In this document: positions 49,076-61,200 of the stretch, piece by piece
Position numbering within the stretch: the first letter of the stretch is position 1
How the letters are laid out: each line of letters opens with the position of its first letter
Assembly (NCBI RefSeq): GCF_902713615.1
Contig: NC_052157.1
Coordinates: 147,041,171-147,105,170, forward strand
Direction: 5' to 3'
Source: Scyliorhinus canicula
Lineage: Eukaryota
DNA: 64,000 nt
Notes under the pieces: generated by a model
The model's database searches: none
The model's input: only the letters and a program-made list of their open reading frames with translations
What the model was told of the DNA's origin: nothing
Program-made: the position numbers and the translations under genes

Positions 49076-49879
49076 TAAATGGCCTAATTCTGGTCTTCTG
49101 TTCCAAACCCTGTCTGAGGTATTTCTTATGGGAGGTTGTTAACAGGATTCACACCGGTTGTTGACTTGGAAACCAGGACACACAGCTTTGCTTTACAAAG
49201 CGAGCTTATTGACATTGTTCAGTCTCAGAGTTCTCCTCCCCTATGTAGATGTCCTTAATTAAACAAAGCCCTTCACCAGTGTTCCAGTAGTATAATTAAC
49301 ATGCAGTTAGCAGAGGTAAATCTAACGGTAGATGTTAAACTGAGGCCTTTAGGAGACGTTTTTTGGTTCCCTGTGAATTTTGTTTCTCTCTAATCCACAT
49401 AAGTGACTTGGAAGCCCAACGTCAGATTTGCAGACCACACTAATATAAGGAGAACAGTAAAGACAAAAGATTCAACAGAAGGTTTGCAGAAGAAATTGGT
49501 TTTGCAGTCGGCAAATTGAACTCTGAAAGAAGGAACTTGTATTTATGTAGAGCCTTTCATGTCCATGAGATCTTGTAAAGCTTCACAACTGATACAATAC
49601 CTTTGGGTTATAGTCATACTCTGGCAGCCAATCACTGCACTTATAATCCAGAGGCCTGGGTTAATGTGTTTTTGGGCCTATCAACTAAATAGAAGAACAG
49701 AAATTAACTGGGGGATAAATTAAAAGGGGACCGCTCCTAACAGCCCAAATAGAACAAAGAGGAAAGGAAACTCAAAAGCATTAAATCAAAATGTGAAAAC
49801 TGGGGTCGATAAAGCGATCCTACCCCTGCGGTGCCCACCGAGCACAGAAGACCTCGAGTGTGCCATTGGACACCACATG

Positions 49880-50250
49880 CTCCCTCCAGGAACATCTGGC
49901 CGCGAGAGGCCCAGGTTAATGCTATGGGGAACACAGGTTCGAATCCCACCACAGCAGCTGGTAGAACCTGAATTCAGTCAATAAATCTGGAATTGAAAGC
50001 TAGTCTCAGCGATGGTGACCATGACAACTATCACCGGTTGTTGTAAAAACCCATCTGGTTCACTAATACCCTCTGGGGAAGGAAATCTGCCATCCTTACC
50101 TGGTCTGGCCTACATCTGACTCCAGACACCCAGCAATGTGATTGACTCGTAACTGCTCTCTGAAATGACCCAGCAAGCCACTCAGTTCAAAGGGCAATTA
50201 GGGGTTGGCAACAATTGCTAACTTTGCCAGTGACATCCACATTCCCCGAA
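49880..50250 (+). mobile_element. tRNA-headed SINE sharing its 3' tail with the 54895-56065 LINE
   Basis: B-box GGTTCGAATCCC; tail GGGCAATTAGGGGTTGGCAACAA...GCCAGTGACATCCACATTCCC. Confidence 0.6.
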
Positions 50251-50289
50251 AAAAATAAAGAAAAATCAGCTCACGGTATGACTCCGCAA

Positions 50290-50615
50290 GCACCAATTAA
50301 ATAAATGACTTATGATCGGCATTTAGTGGTGCGGGTTGAGAGGTAAATGTTGACTTGGGACACTCCTCCAGACTCAAAACGTGAGCTGCCTTTTCTCTCC
50401 ACAGCCTCTTGTTTTGCTGTTCTTCAAATAGTGCCATCCCTTCTGTCCATCTCAGAAGGCAGACAGGGGCTGAAAAACTGCACTCCTGACACTGGTGCAC
50501 TCCCTCAATACGGCGCTGAAACATCATCCACAACCATATGCTCAAGTGTCTGCCAGGAGTCTCAAACTGATAACCCGTTGCCTCAGAGGCAGACCACTAT
50601 GCAATGAAATTTAGC
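50290..50615 (-). mobile_element. DeuSINE 5' and central fragment
   Basis: CTTCAAATAGTGCCATCCC and CACTCCCTCAATAC segments are reverse complements of the 4150-4550 copy. Confidence 0.55.
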
Positions 50616-50859
50616 AGTGATACATTGGTTGCTAACATGCCCATCACAGCGTAAGTTCTATTTTTCTGCAGCACCAGCTGGGAGCCGTGCTTAGTGTCCA
50701 CACCTCCCCAGTGGAACCACAAGATTGGTGAATTTACCCTTATAAGCCAGCAGTAGACTGGAATGGAACAAGGGTGATGGACTAATTGGATAGTTCACCC
50801 TCAGATCCATCATAAATACCATGGGCCAAATGATGCCCTCCTCTGCTGGATGGTTCATA

Positions 50860-51502
50860 GAACCATGGAATAGAATCATAAAATCACTGCAGTGCAGAAG
50901 GAGGCCATTTGGCCCATCAAGTCTGCACCAACACCCTGAAAGGGCACTCCATCTAAGGTCAGGCCCCCACACTAAACCCATAACCCAGTAACCCGACCGA
51001 ACCTAAACTAATGGACACCAAGGGACAATTTAGCATGGCCAATCCACCTAACGTTTGGACTGTGGGAGGAAACTGGAGCAGCCGGAATTGAACCCGGGTT
51101 CCTGGCACTGTGAGCAGTAGTGCCAACCACTGTGCCACCTTGCCACCCCTGTGAATTTAGTTAGAGTGACGGTAGCATGGTGGTTAGCGTAAATGCTTCA
51201 CAGCTCCAGAGTCCCAGGTTCGGTTCCCGGCTGGGTCACTGTCTGTGCGGAGTCTGCACGTCCTCCCCGTGTGTGCGTGGGTTTCCTCCGGGTGCTCCGG
51301 TTTCCTCCCACAGTCCAAAGATGTGCGGGTTAGGTGGATTGGCCATGCTAAATTGCCCGTAGTGTCCTAAAAAGTAAGGTTAAGGGAGTTGTTTGGGTTA
51401 CAGGTATTGGGTGGATACGTGGGGTTGAGTAGGGGGATCATTGCTCGGCACAACATCGAGGGCCGAAGGGCCTGTTCTGTGCTGTACTGTTCTATGTTCT
51501 AT
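50860..51502. mobile_element. Two divergent V-SINEs: 50860-51148 (-) and 51166-51502 (+, TTCTATG tail)
   Basis: Heads face away from each other; two different tails. Confidence 0.82.
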
Positions 51503-52211
51503 GCGAATAGTGATAGATTCATTCTCTTCAATGTCTGGACAATATGGTGAAGCAGACTAAAAAAGCAAATCACATGTACATCCATAACTTCGAGGACAAG
51601 GAGCTGAATTTCATTGGGAAATCATCTAGGGTTAGGTCCAGATTGGGGTGAGGTGGGGAAAACCCTCAGGTGCCATTTTCTATCTATCTAGCTATCTTGG
51701 CAGATTATTTTACTTGTGCTCACATGCTGAATTGTACACACCAGCAGTGCATACGAGTTTAACACGATCAGGTGTGGAACAGTGATTTTGGGTAAACAGC
51801 TGCTCGAAAGGCCCCATTCCCATGCTACACGAGGTTATAGGCACCATCGGATTCATGGAGTTCAGATCGCGAGACAGCAGTGGTCATTGTCTGCCATTAA
51901 CATTGCTCGAGTAGAGTCCTTTGACCTGCACTATTGTGGTACCACGTGGATATGGGCCTGGACTGTACTCCTGCTGTAGGGATAAGTGAGCTGAAGTTAG
52001 CAATGCAAGCCCAAGGAGGCGACACAGGGATGATGCTGTCCCTTGTTGCGAAATGAACAAGTGCTGAGCCTTCACAGAAAGGTAGTACAGTCCTAGTCCT
52101 GCCACTCGCAAACACATTCCTGGCAGATACATTAAACACATGCTTTTTTTAAACCTGTGTTTTTAAAGTATGTAAGTGTGTTACATATGACTGTATGTGA
52201 AAATATCGGCA

Positions 52212-52995
52212 ACCATAGAATCAACAGTGGAGAAGGAGGCCATTCGGACCAACGAGACTGCACCGGCCCCTTGGAAAGAGCACCCTACTTAAGCCCGTGC
52301 CTCCACCCCATCCCTGCAACCCAGCAACCCCACCTAACCAAAGGGCAGCACGGTAGCATTGTGGATAGCACAATTGCTTCACGGCTCCAGGGTCCCAGGT
52401 TCAATTCCCGGCTTGGGTCACTGTCCGTGCGGAGTCTGCACATCCTCCCCCTGTGTGCGTGGGTTTCCTCCGGGTGCTCCGGTTTCCTCCCACAGTCCAA
52501 AGATGTGCAGGTTAGGTGGATTGGCCATGATAAATTGCCCTTAGCATCCAAAATTGCCCTTAGTGTTGGGTGGGGTTACTGGGTTATGGGGATAGGGTGG
52601 AAGTGTTGACCTTGGGTAGGGTGCTCTTTCCAAGAGCTGGTGCTGACTCGATGGGCCGAATGGCCTCCTTCTGCACAGTAAATTCTATGATAATCTATGA
52701 TTAATCTAGGACAAAGGTTTGGCACAACATCGTGGGCCAAAGGGCCTGTTCTGTGCTGTATTTTTCTATGTTCTATGTTCTAACCTTTTTGGACACTAAG
52801 GGCAATTTATCGTGGCCAATCCACTAACCTGCACGTCTTTGGACTGTGGGGCGGAAACCGGGGCACCCGGAGGAAACCCACGCAGACTAGGGGAGAACGT
52901 GCAGACTCCGCACAGACAGTGACCCAAGCCGGGAATTGAACCTGGAATCCTGGAGCTGTGAAGCAACAGTGCTAACCACTGCTACCATGCCGCTT
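52212..52995. mobile_element. Nested V-SINEs: a + copy (52343-52779) with a double tail inside a - copy
   Basis: CTAACC duplicated at 52334-52339 and 52780-52785; the outer element resumes seamlessly. Confidence 0.82.
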
Positions 52996-53141
52996 GAAAA
53001 GAGGAAAGTGGAGAAGAATTAGAAAGGATTTTTAAAGAAAAATGTACACTTAAAAAAATTGGTAGAGTCATGTTCTCATCGGAAGACTATTAATCCAATT
53101 TAATTCTGTTTAAAGGGATTGAAAACTACAAGTCCTAAGGG

Positions 53142-53144
<3 letters not shown>

Positions 53145-53186
<42 letters not shown>
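53145..53186. repeat. Poly(G) run of 42 nt
   Basis: Direct count. Confidence 0.9.
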
Positions 53187-53187
<1 letters not shown>

Positions 53188-53351
53188 GCTGGGAGGGGAT
53201 CCTGCCCGGCCTTAAGTGTTAACAAACCTATAAAATGTTATGTATGTACAGTAACGTCATTGCAGTGTTAATGTAAGCCTACCTGTGACAATAATGAAGA
53301 TTATTATTATCATTATTATAGTGATAAATTAATTTGCTTCTTTCGTTGCAG

Positions 53352-53678
53352 AGTCGCCCATTGTCTCTGTGGGCCATGATTCACTTTCCCTGAAGGAGGG
53401 GGAAGAACAGAAGCTGGCATGTGAGTCGGGGCGCTATTATCCACTCGATGTCACGGTGAAGTGGCTGCGGCAGCAGGGTGAGGGGCATATGCTGCCCGTC
53501 TACATGACCAACGTCATTTTCTCCACCCACAGGCGGAACAAGGATGGTACCTACAACATTACCAGTTTCTTCAGGTTCACCGCCTCCCTCACGGACAATG
53601 ACGTTACATACGTGTGCCGGGTTGAGCACATCAGCTTGGCGAAACCGATCAAGCGTTACATCCATGTAAAAGTAGAGG
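53352..53678 (+). CDS. TAPBPL: Tapasin-family gene exon 5, IgC1 domain
   Basis: Acceptor ttcgttgcag| and donor GAGG|gtaagc; 327 nt. LAC...YYPLDVTVKW...DGTYNITS...YVCRVEHISL. Confidence 0.92.
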
Positions 53679-53809
53679 GTAAGCAATGAGGGGAATCTTA
53701 TGACGCTGTTCGCTTAAAATTGTTACAGAGTGTTTCACAGAGTCGACATGCATTGAAATCTGATGCCATGATGGATGTTCATGTCGCAATTCCCGCTCAG
53801 ATTGATATA

Positions 53810-53997
53810 TTTTTTTAAAAGGGGCAATTTAGCGTGGCCAATCCACCTACGCTGCACATCTTTGGGTTGTGGGAGTGAGACCCATGCAGGCACGGGGAGA
53901 ATGTGCAAACTCCGGGACAGTGACCCGGGGTTGGGATTGAACCCGGGTCCTCAGCGCCACGAGGCAGCAGTGCTAACCGTTGTGCCGCCGTGCCGCC
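53810..53997 (-). mobile_element. Short A-tailed V-SINE variant
   Basis: Shortened central domain ending AAATTGCCCCTTTTAAAAAAA. Confidence 0.8.
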
Positions 53998-54894
53998 AGC
54001 TCTCAGATTGATATTGAATCAATGGCAATTTTATGAGAATGCCCATTAATTCACCTAATGTTGCAACCATTTTACAACCAACCTGGCCCCTTGAATTAAA
54101 CTGATTAAGATTGTCCAAAGGTCCACCGTTAGTATACGTTTGCTGCCTGACAAGGCCCTCATAATCTGTTTCAGTCAGGAGAAAGGAGCTGAGCAAACTA
54201 TAAATTTGGCACATTTTATTCCAGTTACTCTGCATTCATTTCCAATTTGGAGAATTTGCTAAGTTCTTGTAATACTTCATGTCCTTTGCAAGTATGGTGA
54301 AGAATGTAAAAATTATAGCAAGAAAAGTTTGTGCAATGACCTTGTTGCTGTAGGCTGTACTTTTTCTGTACCGAGCGTGGTTCACTCTCCATTGTCATCA
54401 GCAACCACTCCTGTAGCCTGCTTGGGTGTGGTATTAATGGCTCTACATCCTCGTGTGGCAATTGTCAATGTCACCTCAAGATCTCCTGGCAGGAAAGGGC
54501 TGGTCAGCGTTTTTCCTTTCCTGCTCTATTCTCCCACATCCCCGGATTCCCTGAGGGCAGCTGGAAAAAGATGGAGAAAAGTCGTACCAGGGATAAAGCA
54601 AGAAACCCCATTGATGAAAAGGTTTCAGCAACTACTCCACGTGTCACACATGGAAAGACTAGGGAATGGAGAACCCTAGTCATTCTACTGAAGAAATCAT
54701 TCACTATTTCTGCTCTTCTGCAGGATTGACCGCAAAAAGGTATAGCACCTGTGTTTGAAAAGGCAAAGAAAGCTGACTGAGATGGGATAAAATGATAGAA
54801 ACTCTTGTCGGGTTTATGCTGGAGGACTGCCGATATAGCTGAAGAGTCAGCGAGCATGGATTTAACAATGAAAGATCCTGCTCTTAAATTTTAA

Positions 54895-56065
54895 AAAATT
54901 CTTTCACGGGATATGGGGGTCCCTGGCTGGGCCAGCGTTTATTGCCCACCCCGAAAATCCTTCGAGAAGATGGTGGTGAGCCGTCTTCGTGAACCGCTGT
55001 GGTCCATGTGTGTAGGTACACCCACAGTGCTGTTAGGAAGGGGTTTCCAGGATTTTGACCCAGCGACAGTGAAGGAACAGCGATATAGTTCCACGCCAAG
55101 ATGATGAGTGACTTGGAGGGGAACCTGCAGGTAGTGGGGTTCCCATGCATCTGCTGGCCTTGTCCTTCGCAGTGGTAGAGGTTGCAGAAGGTGCTGTTGA
55201 AAGAGCCCTAGCAAATTGCTGCAGTGCATCTTGTAGTTGGTACACGCTGCTGCTATTGTGTGCCGGTGGTAGAAGGAGTCAGAGTTGAAGGTGATAGACG
55301 GAGTGCTAATTAAGGATGTGCTGTTGAGCTTCTTGAGTGTTGTTGGAGCTGCATTCATCCAGATAAGTGGAGAGTGTTCCATCACAGTACTGACTTGTGC
55401 CTTGTCGATGGTGGACAGGCCTTGCGGAGTCAGGAGGTGAGTTACTCGCTGTAGCATTACTGCTTTTGCAGCCACAGTATTTAAATAGCTGGTACCGTTC
55501 AGCTTCTGATCAACCTCCAGGATATTGACAGTGGGGGAATTCAGCGATGGTAATGCCATTTAAGGGGGAATGGTTGGGGAATCATTGTCTGGCACTTGTG
55601 TGGCATGAATGTTACTTGTCACTTGTCAGTCCAAGCCTGAATGCTGCCCAGGCCTTGCTGCATTTGGACGTGGTCTGCTTCAGTTTCTGAGAGTCGCAAA
55701 TGGTGCTGAACATTGTGCAGTCATCAGCGAACATCTCCACTTCTGACCTTATGATAGAGGGAAGGTAATTGATGAAGCAGCTGAAAATGGTTGAGTCGAG
55801 GGCATTACCCTGAGGAACTCCTGCAGTGATATCCTGAGACTGAGATGATTGACCGCCAAGATGGCAACCATCTTTCTTTGTGCTCTATTTGACTCCAGCC
55901 AGTGGAGAGTTTCCCCTGATTTCCATTGACTTCAAGTTTGCTCGGACTCCTTGATGCCACACTCTGGACAAATGCTGTCTTATGTCCAGGGCAGTCACTC
56001 TCAGCTCATCTCTTGAGTTCAAATGTTTTATCCATGTTTGGACCAAGATTGTTATGAGATCAGGA
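54895..56065 (-). mobile_element. CR1/L2-group LINE 3' fragment in tapasin-like intron 5
   Basis: Peptide HLLTPQGLSTI.KAQV..VMEHSPL.WM.AAPTTLKKL...SF.VAGSKSW..LPNS; tail GGGCAATAAACGCTGGCC...CCCGTGAAAGAAT. Confidence 0.75.
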
Positions 56066-56446
56066 GATGTAGTGAGGTCAAATTCTTTGAGGCAATGGCA
56101 AACAAACGGTGGGATTCCTTGTGATATAGTTTAACTGGATTTTCAAACAGTTGTTAGCAATTTCGACAAGAAAGATTTATAACAAAAGGAAACCCATGAG
56201 AATTAAAGGTAAAATATGGGGACTGGACATGAATAAATAGTTGGGAATAAAGAGTGTAAAATGTACAGTGTTAGCAGGAGTGGAGATGATGAATAGCATA
56301 TCCCAGGGTTCTGCCCTTGGAACCTTTGTATTAATATGAATGACCCTGGTTGCAGAAATCACTGTAAGCTTCAGTGATCAGATAATTATCAAGTAGAAGA
56401 GAACGGAAAAAACATACGGTTAATTCTGTGAAAATGTATTTATGAT

Positions 56447-56722
56447 GGCACAGTGGTTAGCACTGCTGCCTCCAAGGACTCGGGTTCAATTCCAGCCTTG
56501 GGTGACTGTGTGGAGTTTGCACGTTCTCCCTGTGTCTGCGTAGGTTTCCTCCAGGTGCTCCAGTTTCCTCCCACAGTCCAAAGTTATGTAGGTTAGTTGG
56601 ATTGACCATGATCGATGAACATGGTTACGAGGATAGGGCCCAGGTAGAGTGCTGTTTTGGAGGGTCGGTACAGACTTGATGGACTGAATGGCCTACTTCT
56701 GCACTGTGGGGATTCTATGGAT
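56447..56722 (+). mobile_element. V-SINE, degenerate, upstream of the TM exon
   Basis: GGCACAGTGGTTAGCACTG head to CTGCACTGTGGGGATTCTATG tail. Confidence 0.8.
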
Positions 56723-56949
56723 TAGCAACAGAGCAAACAAATCATATTTAATTCTACCAAATGCAGAACATAACAGTGAAAAATGTTTTTTGGTTTTTGG
56801 AGACATTGGTTTGAAGATAAATGGTGACCAGGGCTCCCTGTCCTTCTATTTCTCCTTTTAGGAGAGTTCCTCTTTGCAATGTACACATTGACATGTGATA
56901 GAAGTCTCAAAAAAACTGACACTCATGATTTTATCTTTTGATTCCACAG

Positions 56950-57042
56950 CACAACCTCAGATACTTCTGTTCGTCTTAGGTTCAATTGCAATCCTAGTTC
57001 TCGGCTTTTTTCTGGTCACCCTACTGATTCAAATAACAAAAG
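56950..57042 (+). CDS. TAPBPL: Tapasin-family gene exon 6, transmembrane (AQPQILLFVLGSIAILVLGFFLVTLLIQITK)
   Basis: Acceptor ttccacag| and donor AAAG|gtgagt; 93 nt, phase 1 to 1. Hydrophobic span of about 23 aa. Cytoplasmic-tail exon(s) not found and probably lie beyond the window. Confidence 0.85.
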
Positions 57043-57269
57043 GTGAGTATTTGCTGTTACGATTTCTCTGCTGTCCGTCAGCCTTGACTGAGACAGTCAC
57101 CTTTACAATTGACCAATCTTTGCACACATAGTTTTCAAGAACATTTTCATTTGGAAAGTCAGACCAGAGCGGGGTTTGCATAGAATCACATCGAATGTGC
57201 AGCACAGAAACATGACATTGTACCGAAAATGTCTTTGGTGGTGTTTATATTCTACACAAGTGTCCCTCT

Positions 57270-57273
57270 CTTT

Positions 57274-57313
<40 letters not shown>

Positions 57314-57328
57314 CCCCCCCCCCCCCCC
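57270..57328. repeat. (CT)n microsatellite followed by poly(C)
   Basis: Direct inspection. Confidence 0.85.
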
Positions 57329-57994
57329 AACACCCCAACATGTTCCATCTGCTTTATCTTTCAGCATGGCTTTGTATTACCTTTTTCTCTCATGTACTCG
57401 TCTAGCTTCCTTTTAAAAGCATCTAAGCTATGCTTTGTCAGGGATATTGAGAGACAATACAGCTCCCAGCTGGATAGAGTAATTAACCATGAGCAAAATC
57501 AATGTAGATTTTTAAACGTGTTGTAGCTTGTAACTTTGAACAAGATTTCCGGAGGCATGTTATGAAGTTATGAGCTTTGTAAGATTTATCGATCTAGTTG
57601 GACAGCAGGGCCAAGGTTGGTCTTTTAATTGCTGACTTGCTATTTGTCAACAGATCTGTTAGGGTCAGATGGATTTTGTAGTTTAATTGGTAGCGATGCA
57701 GATCGCCTTTTTGAATGAAACACCAAAATGCGATGTTTTGTGTGTTTGCAAAAAACAGACCCATCAAAACAATGAATGAGCAATTGAAAGAAAGAGTTTG
57801 AAAGAGCAATACTCAATTTTATTGAAATGCTATGTCAGTGAGTGTCTTTTTTTTTTAAATAATTTTTATTGAATTTTTCAAAATACAAACATTTTAACCC
57901 CCCCTACATTTACATTTCAATTATAACAAAACAAAGTCAAACCCCCCTACTTAACAAGAAAAAGAAAAAAAAATCCCCCCCCCCCTACCCGCGC

Positions 57995-58028
<34 letters not shown>

Positions 58029-58204
58029 CCGGCGAACCGACAGTCAGACCAACTTATCATTTCTAGCAGCGTCCTCGGGCAGGCCTTGCCCGTGCCACCA
58101 GCCGCTACCGTACTTCCTTCGTCGTTGTCCCCCCTCCCCCCCCCCCCTCCCCCCCTCCCGCCCTCCCCTCCCCTCCCGGGTTGCTGCTGTCATGGCCTCA
58201 GTTT

Positions 58205-61200
58205 CTATCTCTGATCCAAGAGGTCTAGGAAGGGTTGCCATCGCCTGGAAAACCCCTGCACCGACCCTCTCAGGGCGAATTTGATCCTTTCCAGTTGGAT
58301 GAAGTTTGCCATGTCGTTTAACCAGGTGTTAACACTCGGAGGCCTTTCGTCCCTCCACTGAATCAGGATCCTCCTCCGAGCCACCAAGGACGCAAAGGCT
58401 AATATTCCAGCCTCCCTCGCCTCCTGTACCCCCGGTTCCACCCCAACCCCGAAGATCGCAAGTCCCCATCCTGGCTTGACCCTGGACCCCACCACTCTCG
58501 ACACCGTCCCTGCCACCCCCTTCCAGAACTCCTCCAGTGCCGGACATGCCCAAAACATATGTGCATGATTCGCAGGGCTTCCCGAACATCTAATACACCT
58601 GTCTTCACCCCCGAAAAACCGACTCATCCTTGTCCCCGTCATGTGGGCTCTATGCAGTACCTTAAATTGAATGAGACTTAGTCTCGCACATGACGACGAC
58701 GAGTTGACCCTCTCCAGGGCGTCTGCCCATGTCCCGTCCTCTATCTGTTCCCCCAGCTCTAACTCCCACTTATCTTTCAGCTCCTCTACTGGTACCTCCT
58801 CCACCTCCTGCATAATCTTATAGATGTCCGAGATCTTCCCCTCCCCGACCCAGACCCCTGATAGCACCCTATCACTCACCCCCCTGTCGGGGAGCGCGGG
58901 GAACCCCGCTACCTGTCGTCTGGCAAATGCCTTCACTTGGAGGTACCTGAACGTGTTCCCCGGGGGGAGCCCAAATTTCTCCTCCAGCTCTCCCAGGCTC
59001 GCAAACCTCCCCTCTATAAACAAGTCCCTCAGTTGTCTAATACCCGCCCTCTGCCAGCTCTGGAATCCCCCTCCTGTGTTTCCCGGCGCAAATCTGTGGT
59101 TCCCTCTTAGTGGTGCCCCTATCAGACCTCCCACTTCCCCCCTGTGTCGCCTCCACTGCCCCCAGATCTTGAGGGTGGCCGCCACCACCGGGCTCGTGGT
59201 ATACCTCGTGGGAGGGAGCGGCCATGGTGCCGTTACCAGTGCCCCTAAGCTTATGTTGCCGCAGGACGCCCTCTCCATGCGCTTCCAGGCTGCCCCCTCC
59301 CCTTCCATCATCCACTTTCGTACCATCGATGTATTTGCCGCCCAGTAATATCCTGAAAGGTTGGGTAACGCCAGCCCTCCACTATCCCTACTCCGCTCCA
59401 AAAAGACCCTTCTAACTCTCGGGGTGCCATGTGCCCACACATACCCCATGATACTACTCGTTACCTTCTTGAAAAAGGCCCTGGGGAGGAAGATGGGCAG
59501 ACACTGGAACAAAAACAAGAACCTCGGGAGGACCGTCATTTTAACTGACTGCACCCTCCCTGCCAGCGACAGCGGCACCATGTCCCACCTCTTAAACTCC
59601 TCCTCCATCTGCTCCACCAGTCTGGAAAAGTTCAACTTGTGTAGGGTCCCCCAGTTCTTTGCCACCTGCACCCCCAAATACCTAAAACTTTTAACTGCTC
59701 TTTTGAAGGGGAGCCTCCCAATTCCCTCCCCTTGGTCTCCCGGGTGTATTACAAAGACCTCACTTTTCCCCAGATTTAATTTATATCCCGAAAAGTCCCC
59801 GAACTCCGCTAGTATCCCCATTACCTCCGGCATTCCCCCCTCCGGGTCTGCCACATACAACAACAAATCATCCGCATAGAGCGAGACCCGATGTTCCTCC
59901 CCTCCCCTTGTCAGTCCTCTCCACCCCCCTGAACCCCTCAGTGCCATCGCCAACGGCTCAATCGCTAATGCAAAGAGTAAGGGAGATAGGGGACATCCCT
60001 GCCTAGTACCTCGATGGAGCCCAAAATATTCTGACCTCCTCCCGTTTGTTACCACACTTGCCATCGGAGCTGAATAGAGCAGTTTTACCCACTTGATAAA
60101 TCCCTCCCCAAACCCAAACCTTTCCAACGTCTCCCACAAGTATTCCCACTCCACCCTGTCAAATGCCTTCTCCGCGTCCAGCGCTACCACTATCTCCGCC
60201 TCCCCTTCCACTGCTGGCATCATAATCACATTTAACAATCTCCGGACATTTGTGTTAAGTTGGCGTCCCTTCACGAACCCCGTCTGGTCTTCATGGACTA
60301 CCCCTGGCACACAGTCCTCTATCCTGGTTGCCAGGACCTTTGCTAACAGCTTGGCATCTACATTTAAGAGGGAGATAGGCCTGTAGGACCCGCACTGGAC
60401 CGGGTCCTTGTCCCGCTTCAAAATCAAGGAGATCAGGGCCTGCGACATTGTTGGAGGCAGAACCCCCCCCTCGCGCGCCTCATTGAAGGCTCGCACCAGC
60501 ACTGGACCCACCAAGTCCACAAATTTCCTGTAAAACTCCACCGGGAACCCATCCGGCCCCGGCGCCTTCCCCGCCTGCATCTGGCCTATCCCTTTAATTA
60601 GCTCCTGCAGCTCTATCGGCGCCCCCAACCCTTCCACCAGCTCCTCCTGTACCTTTGGGAACCCCAATTTGTCGAGAAAGTTCTTCATTCCCCCTCTCCT
60701 CTTCGGCGGTTCAGACCTATACAATTCCCTATAGAAGTCCCTAAAGACCCTATTCACCTCTTGCCCCTTCTGCACTACATCCCCACCCCTCTCTCTCACT
60801 CCCCCAATCTCTCTGGCTGCATCTCGCTTACGAAGCTGGTGCGCCAGCATCCTGCTCGCCTTTTCCCCGTACTCATACGCCGCACCCTGCGCCCTTCTCC
60901 ACTGCATTTCCGCCTTCCTAGTGGTCAGTAGGTCGAACCTGGCCTGCAAGCTACGCCGCTCCCTTAATAGCCCCTCCTCTGGCGCCGCCGCATATTTCCT
61001 ATCTACTTCTAGGAGCTCCCCCACCAGCCTCTCCCTTTCCTGCCTCTCCTTCCTCTCTCTGTGTGCCCTTATGGAGATCAGCTCTCCTCTAATCACTGCT
61101 TTCAAGGCCTCCCAGACCGTCCCCACCTGCACCTCACCTGTGTCATTCGTACCCAGATAGTTCTCAATGCCCGTTCTCACCCTTCTGCACACCTCTTCGT

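Noticed and set aside
57043-57131. Intron read-through tail after the TM exon as the true C-terminus
   Set aside because: The donor AAG|gtgagt is near-consensus and the read-through peptide has no recognisable tail motif. A downstream exon is more likely.
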